In this document: one piece after another, positions 28,331 through 36,411 of the stretch
How the letters are laid out: each line of letters opens with the position of its first letter
Position numbering within the stretch: the stretch's first letter is position 1
Source of the DNA: a bacterium
Lineage (GTDB): Bacteria; Patescibacteriota; Minisyncoccia; Phycocordibacterales; JAKAEA01
DNA: 39,971 nucleotides
Assembly: GCA_021818465.1 (NCBI GenBank)
Contig: JAKAEA010000001.1
Span: 1 to 39,971 of the forward strand
Reading direction: 5' to 3'
Translations under genes and position numbers: made by a program
Notes under the pieces: model-generated
The model's database searches: none
Seen by the model: the letters and a program-made list of their open reading frames with translations, nothing else
What the model was told of the DNA's origin: nothing

Positions 28331-29658
28331 GCCAAGAGTCTACCAGAAAGTTCAGAAATTTTCAGCCGTTCTTGATTACCGCTATCGCGATCGCGTACCG
28401 TCACCGTATCATCTTCAAGCGTCTGAAAATCAATAGTGACGCACCACGGCGTACCAATCTCATCTTGGCGGCGATAACGTTTGCCAATATTTCCATTATC
28501 ATCAAAAGCGATGCGCGCGCGACTGGAAGCGGTTTTTTTAGTTTCGCGCAGAAGTGCATACACTTCCCTCGCCTTCTCCACAAGCGGCGGTTTGTTTTTT
28601 AAAAGCGGGAACACAGCAATCGTCACTGGAGCAATACGTGGAGATAATTTCAAGAAACTGCGTGGTTCTCCCCCGAGTTCGTCTTCAGTATACGCATCAG
28701 TCAAAATTGCTAACACAGTACGGTCAACACCGAGCGATGGCTCAATAACGTGCGGCACAAATTTTTCCTTAGCGGCTTCATCAAAATATTCGAGAGACAC
28801 GCCGCTTCCCTTTTGGTGTGCACCAAGATCAAAGTCAGTGCGATAGGCTAAACCGTACAGCTCTTTACGGCCAAAGGGATACTCGAATTCAAAATCAATA
28901 GTGCGCTTGGAGTAGTGCGCCCGGTCTTCGGCCGGTACGTCTAATTCATGTATGCGTTCACGACGTAAACCAATGCGTTCAATCCATTGCCATATCAATT
29001 GCCGAAACTCTTCAAAAAAGCGTTCCCAGTCATGAGGACGAACAAAATACTCAATTTCCATTTGTTCAAACTCGCGCGAACGAAAGAGGAAGTCGCGAGG
29101 AGCAATTTCATTACGAAACGCTTTACCGATTTGCGCCAAACCAAATGGTAACTCCGGATGAAATGAGTCTACGATATTTTTAAAATTCACAAACATACCT
29201 TGGGCCGTTTCTGGTCGTAAATATGAAATGGCCGCCTCGTCCTGAGCCGCCCCAACGTGGGTCTTGAACATCATATTAAACTGACGCACATCACCGAGTA
29301 GACCGCCGCAATCGGGACATTTTTTTAGATCAGCTATATGATCGGCGCGAAAACGGTGATGACATTTTGAGCACTCCACGAGCGGATCAGAAAAACCGCC
29401 GACATGACCGCTGGCTTTCCACACGTTTTGATTCATTAAAATCGCCGCGTCTACACCATACATATCTTCGCGCTCATCCACAAACATTTGCCACCACAGT
29501 GCCTTAAGATTATTTTTGAGAGCCACACCCAGAGGACCATAATCCCACGTGCCAGCCAAACCACCGTAAATCTCTGAGCCTTGATACATGAAACCACGCC
29601 GTTTGGCTAAGGAAATAATTTTTTCCATCGTGTTGTCTGTAGTGTTTTTTTGATTCAT
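28327..29658 (-). CDS. glyQS: glycyl-tRNA synthetase, alpha2 (GlyQS) type
   Basis: 443 aa with RRGFMYQGSEIYGGLAGTWDYGPLG, GKAFRNEIAPRDFLFRSREFEQMEIEYF and a C-terminal anticodon-binding region (VTIAVFPLL...GKRYRRQDEIGTPWCVTID). Confidence 0.93.
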   Translation of the reverse strand: MNQKNTTDNTMEKIISLAKRRGFMYQGSEIYGGLAGTWDYGPLGVALKNNLKALWWQMFVDEREDMYGVDAAILMNQNVWKASGHVGGFSDPLVECSKCHHRFRADHIADLKKCPDCGGLLGDVRQFNMMFKTHVGAAQDEAAISYLRPETAQGMFVNFKNIVDSFHPELPFGLAQIGKAFRNEIAPRDFLFRSREFEQMEIEYFVRPHDWERFFEEFRQLIWQWIERIGLRRERIHELDVPAEDRAHYSKRTIDFEFEYPFGRKELYGLAYRTDFDLGAHQKGSGVSLEYFDEAAKEKFVPHVIEPSLGVDRTVLAILTDAYTEDELGGEPRSFLKLSPRIAPVTIAVFPLLKNKPPLVEKAREVYALLRETKKTASSRARIAFDDNGNIGKRYRRQDEIGTPWCVTIDFQTLEDDTVTVRDRDSGNQERLKISELSGRLLA

Positions 29659-29676
29659 GAAATTACAATGATTGAA

Positions 29677-31596
29677 TTACTGTTGCACAAAACCATTTTG
29701 ACCACCGTAGGTTGGATCACTGGAAATGTCCGTGGTGAGCGAACCAGCTGAAGCCGACACGGGCACATTCACAAACGCATCGGTACCGTTAAACGAAATA
29801 TCATTAACAATATCCGGCGCGGTGCCAACTTGATTAACCGTTGGATCAACTTCTACTTGAAATGCCACCGAAGCAACGGGCGCAGCGCCACCAGCCGGTA
29901 ACGTCCCTGGAGTCCAGGTAATTGTGTTTGAATTAGTATCAAACGTTACCGACGCATTGCTAGGACTAATATTATTGAGCCATTTAACGTAGGCTGGTAA
30001 GGTCGCCGTAACCGTGCCACCAGACACTGTATTGGAACTATTGGTTAATGTCCAGACAATCGTATAGGTGGTTGGTGTATCTGCGCGCGGCGGCACAAGA
30101 CCAGTATTGGTAAACGGCCCGGTGGAATATACAGCGTGTGCAAGCAAACCAACAGCTGTTGTCAATCGTGCCGACAGCGTAGATGTTGAAGAAATAGGAG
30201 CCGCACCAGAAACGGCGCCGTATTCTTGACCGCTGACATTAGCAGATAGTGTTATTGTTCCATTGTCTAATCCCGCGAGCACACTGGCTGGTAATGTTGC
30301 GAACGAAAATTGCAACGATATCTGCTGACCAGGACTTATGACACCGAGATCAGGATCTGATAGACGATCCCACGTGATTGCCTGTGACGATTGACGGTAG
30401 ATACCATTTTCAGCAGGATTCACACTTGTTGGATCGAGCGCATTGCCGTTGAGCGTTACCGTCGTCACCGCATTTAATAAATCAACGGGTAAATTATTAG
30501 TAATGGTAAGTGTTGCATTAGAAGAACCTGGCTGAATCACAACATTGTTTCCATTAGCTGTACCAACAGACATCGCCAATGCCACAGGCGAACGCTGGAT
30601 AGTGAGCGTTTGATTTTGAGCGAGATAAATAACCCCTAATTTTTGCGGATCCACCTGGCTCTGGGTACCAACGAGAAATCGAACTGTTTCCTGATCATTC
30701 TCCTGGCCCTGTAAGTAGCCACGAATAGTAATGGTTTCGGTACTACTAGCAGACAACGCTGGAAAGAGCCATTCTGAATTGTTGCTATAGCTTGGCGCTG
30801 GCGTAGAACTAGCAAACTGAAAACCAAACGGATACTGTGCCGTAACTAACACATTTGATGGCGGATTATTGGAGTTTGCAGACAGTGTCAGTGAAAAATT
30901 AACGGGGGCGCCGGCAGGCGTTTGACTGGGCGCGTTTATATTCATCGCCAGCGGCGCTGAACTAATTTCTACAGTATATATTTCTTTCTTTTGATATAAC
31001 GCATTATCGTTGGCGATAGAATATTGAATTGTTGCGGTAATTTGTTCCGTAGCATGCTCAGCCCCGTAGATAACCGCTTCCACATTGTGTGTCATCGATG
31101 TACCAGAGGCAATTGTTCCCAACACATCAGACTCGTGAAGCAATGTTGCTGACGTATTAGTCGCTTCGACGGTACCATTCGGAAAGGTCAGATATAGTCT
31201 GGCATTTTCCATAGAAGCTATATTGTTGTTTTTTATTACTACAGAGAAATCGAGTGGCGTACCAGCCGCTATGGTTACTGGCCCCACAAATGAAACAGCG
31301 ACATTATTATTAGAAACTGTATTAAAACCACGATAAATGATAACCCCAGCAATGCTAGCACACACCAAAAAAAATATGAGCGATCCCAAAAAAAGTGCTT
31401 TTAGAGAAAAGCCGTGACCATGACCCTGAGCTTCATCAGCAAAAAGTTCCTCGGTGTCTTTCCAGCGTCGAGGACTCGTGTTCGCAGTGGTAGGTAATGT
31501 GGGCTTAGGAAAATTTGGTGTATCAGAAAAATCTCGATCATAAATTCTATTACCGAGTTTTTCCAGGCCGTCAAAATCTGGTTTTTTCGGATTCAT
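29677..31596 (-). CDS. hypothetical type-II membrane-anchored surface protein
   Basis: 639 aa with a ~65-aa cytoplasmic N-terminus and one TM (ALFLGSLIFFLVCASIAGVIIY). About 550 aa of T/S/N/A-rich, beta-type repetitive extracytoplasmic sequence follow. Confidence 0.55.
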   Translation of the reverse strand: MNPKKPDFDGLEKLGNRIYDRDFSDTPNFPKPTLPTTANTSPRRWKDTEELFADEAQGHGHGFSLKALFLGSLIFFLVCASIAGVIIYRGFNTVSNNNVAVSFVGPVTIAAGTPLDFSVVIKNNNIASMENARLYLTFPNGTVEATNTSATLLHESDVLGTIASGTSMTHNVEAVIYGAEHATEQITATIQYSIANDNALYQKKEIYTVEISSAPLAMNINAPSQTPAGAPVNFSLTLSANSNNPPSNVLVTAQYPFGFQFASSTPAPSYSNNSEWLFPALSASSTETITIRGYLQGQENDQETVRFLVGTQSQVDPQKLGVIYLAQNQTLTIQRSPVALAMSVGTANGNNVVIQPGSSNATLTITNNLPVDLLNAVTTVTLNGNALDPTSVNPAENGIYRQSSQAITWDRLSDPDLGVISPGQQISLQFSFATLPASVLAGLDNGTITLSANVSGQEYGAVSGAAPISSTSTLSARLTTAVGLLAHAVYSTGPFTNTGLVPPRADTPTTYTIVWTLTNSSNTVSGGTVTATLPAYVKWLNNISPSNASVTFDTNSNTITWTPGTLPAGGAAPVASVAFQVEVDPTVNQVGTAPDIVNDISFNGTDAFVNVPVSASAGSLTTDISSDPTYGGQNGFVQQ

Positions 31597-31647
31597 TTAT
31601 GAAAGTATACCATGTTCCACATCTTCACTCATATAATGTTTTATGTA

Positions 31648-31684
31648 TAAAAATAGCCCCCAGCTGCACGGTACAACTGGGGGG
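31648..31684 (-). terminator. intrinsic terminator after recO
   Basis: Minus-strand RNA reads CCCCCAG-13 nt loop-CUGGGGG followed by CUAUUUUUAU. The stem is 31657-31663 paired with 31677-31683. Confidence 0.55.
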
Positions 31685-31746
31685 CGGGATGGGGAAGGGT
31701 AACCTTTATTATGATATAAAACGAAAACCATTATGTCAAAAGCTAT

Positions 31747-32337
31747 TCACAATTGCGACTGATGCAACGAAAAATTAATCGTGGTCACAAGTGATCTACG
31801 TTTTTTTTGAGCAGCAACAATTAAATCCTGACTCCAAGAATCAGTTAAAAATAATTTCAAATCATCGCCAGCAGAACTATAGCCAAGATTGTACAATATG
31901 CGCAACACCACTATATGTTCAAACGCTGCTGCTGCAACATCAGAAAATTCTATGCCACGTGCAAAATGGAGCGCCGCCAGTATTTCAACATAGAGCTGCT
32001 CACTCTTCTCTTCCCCGGGCACCAGGCGAATTAGTAAGCGAAAAATGCGCGCGATTGCTTCCACGAACGGCCGATTGGTGCGTTGCTGCCAAAAAATATT
32101 TGTATCAGCCGAGGCATTCGTAATGCGCCAATGTTCTTTTCCCCGCACCAGTGACACAGAGAGCACCGAAAATTCCTGCAATGCATAACGCAATTTTGAA
32201 ACTTCACGACGAATCCCCTGCGCCGTAGCCCACACTATTCCTAATTGCGGCGTAAAGAGCGTATAGCTTCGATCAGCCTCACGGCTCGGCGCACTTGCGA
32301 GCACCATCGCTGGTGTAGTGTAAATGTGGTGCGACAT
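31747..32337 (-). CDS. recO: DNA repair protein RecO (short form)
   Basis: 196 aa. The N-terminal OB pattern is PAMVLASAPSREADRSYTLFTPQLGIVWATAQGIRREVSKLRYALQEFSVLSVSLVRGK. The later FEHIVVLRILYNLGYS resembles the RecO helical domain. No Cys4 zinc finger is present. Confidence 0.6.
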   Translation of the reverse strand: MSHHIYTTPAMVLASAPSREADRSYTLFTPQLGIVWATAQGIRREVSKLRYALQEFSVLSVSLVRGKEHWRITNASADTNIFWQQRTNRPFVEAIARIFRLLIRLVPGEEKSEQLYVEILAALHFARGIEFSDVAAAAFEHIVVLRILYNLGYSSAGDDLKLFLTDSWSQDLIVAAQKKRRSLVTTINFSLHQSQL

Positions 32338-35300
32338 TAAAATTTCAAATCAAGAGTAAATGTTATGTTTTCTATAGTGATAGTATTGTTGGCACTCAAT
32401 AAAACCGTATCAAAAACGATACGCTTGGTTCTAGTCACCTGTCGAATATCAGCAGCGAAGACTTCAATAATTTTTCTCCCTTCCGACGATGTGGCGACCG
32501 TAAGCATAATATCTTGACTTGGTTGCAAGCCAGCATTTTTACGTAACTCTTGCACAGATCGGATAAATTCTCGGGCTATGCCTTCATGTTTCAGTTCCGG
32601 CGTGATTGTAGTATCTAATTTGACCAGTTCGGTTTGCGAAGCATTTTTTGAGATTTTCTTTATATTTACTTCATCTCTAACGAGCGCGGCGAGGTGCTCG
32701 TCATCAAGCACCTGTGCAAAAGCGCCATTAACCGTCAACGCAGCCAGCGGCTGACGAATTTTAATACCCGCCGCCGCTCGCGCCTCCAGCGCGAGCGATA
32801 CTAGCTCGCGAGTTTTGTACATATTGTTAATTAAAGAGACCGTTTCATTTTTTTCCAAGATTGGCACCCAGGGCCAGCGTTCTACATGGACGCTTTCTTG
32901 ATCATTTTTTGTTTTCACTTTTTGATACAAATCTTCGGCGAGAAATGGCATAAATGGTGCGAGACTTTTTGCGAGTTCGCGCAAAACAAAACGAGTAGTA
33001 GCAATAGCGTCACGAGCAGTGTCGGCATTTTTGAAGCGATCGCGAGAGCGACGAATATACCAGGTTGAAAGGTCGTCGATAAACTGTGCGAAGGGACGCG
33101 CAGCAGCATCGAGCCTGTAGCTATCCAATTCTCTTGTTATCTCCCCTTGCATCTCTGACAATGTCGCCAGAATCCAGCGATCAAGAATGTTGGGCGAATC
33201 AGTATTGGGCTCAACAGTTCCATCTGCATAGAGCTCATAAAATGAGTAAACATTATCTAAGCGATTGATAATTTTTTTAACGACTTCATCCAAACCTTTT
33301 TCAGAAAATGCCAAGTCTTCGGCTTCAACGACCGGCGAGGAAAGGAGATAGTAGCGCAATGCATCAGCGCCATATTTATCCAAAACAAAACGGATGTCAG
33401 GATAATTTTTAAGTCGCTTGGACATTTTTTGCCCGTCTTCGGCCAAAACAATACCATTCACTACTACGTTTTCATACGGCGCACAATCAAATAGTGCCGT
33501 ACTTAAAATAAGCAGTGTATAAAACCAGCCGCGCGTTTGGTCCTGACCTTCAGCGATGAAGTTAGCGGGGAAACGTGGCAGCTTTTTTTTATTTTCTTGC
33601 TCAAAAGGAAAATGAATTGACGCAAACGGCATAGAACCAGATTCGTACCAGGTATCAAAGACATCAGGAACGCGTTTCATGTTCCCCGAGCAACCCTTTG
33701 CTGTACAAGGAAATTCCACCGCATCGATATAGGGCCGATGCATATCGAAATTAAACTGTGGATCGTGGGGCAAAGCGGCAAACGGCAATGTGCGAATCTC
33801 GGCATTGTCCATAAAACCAACGTTGTATACGCCAAGTGGTTCAGCTAAATGTAGCGCGGCCGAAAGCGGCGCAGCATGACTGATAATTAAAATATTTTTA
33901 CCTTTGTGAGCGGCATCAATTTCATAGAAAAATTCACCGACACGTTTTTGCTCGTGGACTTTTGTCTCATCATTTTTAGACACATCACCAACGCGATAAG
34001 CTGCATTACGTTCCTGACGACTCTTGCCACCAAAAGCAAACGCGCCGAGCTCGTGGAGACGTTCATCGGTTATGATTTTTCCCTGAAAACCGATTTCCTG
34101 GGCCATAATTTTTGCTGTTTGTTGCGTCCGCTCAAAGGGCGAAGCAAAAATCAAGTCAATTTTTTTGCCAACCAAATCCTCGGAAAGTTTTTTAGCTGCT
34201 TCCCTCACCTGCCGCTCGCCTTCAGATGTTAACGGATCATGCGCTTGCTCATTGGGACTGATAACATTGGCCACGTTACTATGCGCTTGACCGTGGCGCA
34301 TCAAAAAATAATTATTACGCTGCAACTTTGTATACAGTGTTTTTACCGAGTCAACAAATTCTAGTTCGCCACATTCATCACATTTCCACACCGGCAACGG
34401 CGCGCCCCAAAAGCGCGAACGCGATACCGCCCAGTCACGGGCGTTCTCCAGCCACGTACCGAAGCGTCCCTGACCGATTTCTTCCGGCACCCAACGCACC
34501 TTTTTATTTTCCTCAACGAGTTTTTCTTTGAGTGTAGTCACCTGCACAAACCACGAACTCGTCGCGTAGTTTAAAAGCGGCGTGTCACAGCGCCAACAGT
34601 GCGGATAGCTGTGGGTGATTTTTTCTTTAGCAAAAAGCGTGCCGTGATGCGCCAAGTATTTGATAATTTCAATATCTGCTTTCTGGTGCGCATTCGGCTC
34701 TTCCGCCGTCGGTCGCGGCTTGACCTGCTGCCCCGCAAAATCCGTCACCTCTTTTTTAAAGCGCCCATCCATGCCGACGTGCTGGATGAACGGTAGCTCA
34801 GCCGTTTGCGAGAGATTATAGTCGTCCTCGCCAAATGCCGGCGCGATGTGCACAATACCCGTGCCATCGGTCGTGGTCACAAAATCCGCACCAACCACAC
34901 TGTACAGATGTTCGCGATGCTTCACGTCAGTCGCCTGCTCATAGTACGGAAACACCGGTTTGTATTTTTTGCCGAGCAATTCCTTTCCTTTAAAACTATG
35001 GCTCTCAACAAAAACATCACCAGCATCTTTAGGTATTGGAAGATGTGTTTTTGCAAAGTCGGCAATTACATATGTTCCAAGAAAATTTTCTATTTTTACT
35101 TTTATATAGTCAATCTTCGGATTCACCGCGAGCGCCGCGTTACCCGGCAATGTCCAGGGCGTCGTCGTCCAGGCCAGCAAAAACGTGCCAGGCTCGTCAA
35201 CCAGTTCAAACTTCACATACGCCGAAAGATCGCTGATATCTCGATAATTTTGTCCGACTTCAAAATTGGAAAGTGTCGTCTCACAACGCGGGCACAGGTG

Positions 35301-35903
35301 CATCGGCTTGAATCCTTGATAGACCAGGTGCTTATCGTGCAATTGTTTGAATGACCACCAGATACTCTCGGTGTAGCGCCAATCCATCGTTAGGTAGGCG
35401 TGGTCCATGTCCACGAAGCGGCCGGTGCGCGGCACGATATCCTTCCACAGCGTGTCGTAGCGCAAAACGCTCGCGCGGGCCGCGGCGTTAAATTTTTCCA
35501 CGCCGTAGAGCTCAATGTCTTTGCGCGTGGAAAGTCCGAGCTCCTTCTCAATCATATTTTCAATTGGCAAACCGTGACAATCCCAACCCCAGCGTCGCGG
35601 TACACGGTAACCGCTCATCGTTTTGTAGCGCGGTATGACGTCCTTGATGGTGCCTGCGAGAATGTGCCCGTAGTGCGGCTCGCCCGTGGCAAACGGCGGC
35701 CCGTCGTAGAAAATAAATTCTAACTCCGTACCATCTTTAATGAGAGGCTTCTTGTCGAGAGTTTTTTGAAAAATATCGTGATCGCGCCAAAACTGGAGCG
35801 TTGCCTCCTCGCGCTTGGCGATGACAGATTTTACATTTTCTTCTTTATTTCTTTTTTGTTCCGGCTTTGCCGTTATATCGGCTGCGGAGTCCTCTTTAAC
35901 CAT
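32337..35903 (-). CDS. ileS: isoleucyl-tRNA synthetase (type 2-like) with an internal histidine-phosphatase domain insertion
   Basis: 1188 aa with HIGH as PHYGH (res 76-80), a CP1 editing region (LAWTTTPWTLPGN), KMSKS as KMSKR and DVFDTWYESGSMPF. Residues ~528-716 are an extra domain; see the separate feature. Confidence 0.93.
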   Translation of the reverse strand: MVKEDSAADITAKPEQKRNKEENVKSVIAKREEATLQFWRDHDIFQKTLDKKPLIKDGTELEFIFYDGPPFATGEPHYGHILAGTIKDVIPRYKTMSGYRVPRRWGWDCHGLPIENMIEKELGLSTRKDIELYGVEKFNAAARASVLRYDTLWKDIVPRTGRFVDMDHAYLTMDWRYTESIWWSFKQLHDKHLVYQGFKPMHLCPRCETTLSNFEVGQNYRDISDLSAYVKFELVDEPGTFLLAWTTTPWTLPGNAALAVNPKIDYIKVKIENFLGTYVIADFAKTHLPIPKDAGDVFVESHSFKGKELLGKKYKPVFPYYEQATDVKHREHLYSVVGADFVTTTDGTGIVHIAPAFGEDDYNLSQTAELPFIQHVGMDGRFKKEVTDFAGQQVKPRPTAEEPNAHQKADIEIIKYLAHHGTLFAKEKITHSYPHCWRCDTPLLNYATSSWFVQVTTLKEKLVEENKKVRWVPEEIGQGRFGTWLENARDWAVSRSRFWGAPLPVWKCDECGELEFVDSVKTLYTKLQRNNYFLMRHGQAHSNVANVISPNEQAHDPLTSEGERQVREAAKKLSEDLVGKKIDLIFASPFERTQQTAKIMAQEIGFQGKIITDERLHELGAFAFGGKSRQERNAAYRVGDVSKNDETKVHEQKRVGEFFYEIDAAHKGKNILIISHAAPLSAALHLAEPLGVYNVGFMDNAEIRTLPFAALPHDPQFNFDMHRPYIDAVEFPCTAKGCSGNMKRVPDVFDTWYESGSMPFASIHFPFEQENKKKLPRFPANFIAEGQDQTRGWFYTLLILSTALFDCAPYENVVVNGIVLAEDGQKMSKRLKNYPDIRFVLDKYGADALRYYLLSSPVVEAEDLAFSEKGLDEVVKKIINRLDNVYSFYELYADGTVEPNTDSPNILDRWILATLSEMQGEITRELDSYRLDAAARPFAQFIDDLSTWYIRRSRDRFKNADTARDAIATTRFVLRELAKSLAPFMPFLAEDLYQKVKTKNDQESVHVERWPWVPILEKNETVSLINNMYKTRELVSLALEARAAAGIKIRQPLAALTVNGAFAQVLDDEHLAALVRDEVNIKKISKNASQTELVKLDTTITPELKHEGIAREFIRSVQELRKNAGLQPSQDIMLTVATSSEGRKIIEVFAADIRQVTRTKRIVFDTVLLSANNTITIENITFTLDLKF
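33756..34322 (-). other. histidine phosphatase (PGAM/His_Phos_1-like) domain embedded in ileS
   Basis: All five family blocks are present in order. They are FLMRHGQAHSN (His537 codon 34293-34295), LTSEGERQVREAA, IFASPFERTQQTAKIM, DERLHELGAFAFGG and ILIISHAAPL (His676 codon 33876-33878). The domain is in frame with IleRS sequence on both sides. Confidence 0.8.
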
Positions 35904-35941
35904 AGATGGCTAAGATTCTAGCATTTTTTTTCGGATTATGC

Positions 35942-36406
35942 TTACTGAAACCACATTAAAAAAATAATGATGATGATTACTACTAAAATAAGTACTGAAA
36001 CAATCCATGACCACCTAAGGGTGAGCTCATCAATACAAGTAGTTTTTGTAGAAAGAGGTACTTGGTAAATTTTGGTCATAAGTCGCACACCTTTCTTTTC
36101 AGCATTGTTTATAAAACGAGCATAAAGGATTAGAGAGATGGGTATTATTAAGAGTAATACTGAAATTAGTATTTTAACTATAAATAGAACATGAATGGAG
36201 AGAAAAATATCATTGAATGATGCTAGGATTAAAAGAGCTGCAGCAACACTACTAATGAGAGGAAAGGATGCTAGCTTGGCGTTTGTTATCTGGAACAATT
36301 GATCATTCACAGTGTTAATGACTCGTAACTTATCCACGGGAGAAGCGGAATTAAATTCCTCTTTTTGTTGCTGCTCTTTTTCGGTAAGTTTGTTATCCAT
36401 ATACAT
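35942..36406 (-). CDS. hypothetical small membrane protein (AT-rich gene)
   Basis: 154-aa ORF with a hydrophilic N-terminus and about 3-4 TM segments (e.g. WIVSVLILVVIIIIIFLMWF). GC content is visibly far lower than in flanking argS and ileS. Confidence 0.5.
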   Translation of the reverse strand: MYMDNKLTEKEQQQKEEFNSASPVDKLRVINTVNDQLFQITNAKLASFPLISSVAAALLILASFNDIFLSIHVLFIVKILISVLLLIIPISLILYARFINNAEKKGVRLMTKIYQVPLSTKTTCIDELTLRWSWIVSVLILVVIIIIIFLMWFQ

Positions 36407-36411
36407 TTAAT

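Noticed and set aside
33756-34322. Could the extra segment in IleRS be an intein or an assembly frameshift artefact?
   Set aside because: There is no Cys/Ser at the N-terminal junction, no His-Asn plus Cys/Ser/Thr at the C-terminal junction and no endonuclease or Hint blocks. Instead it has the complete RHG...SH histidine-phosphatase motif set. The frame is continuous with genuine IleRS sequence on both sides.
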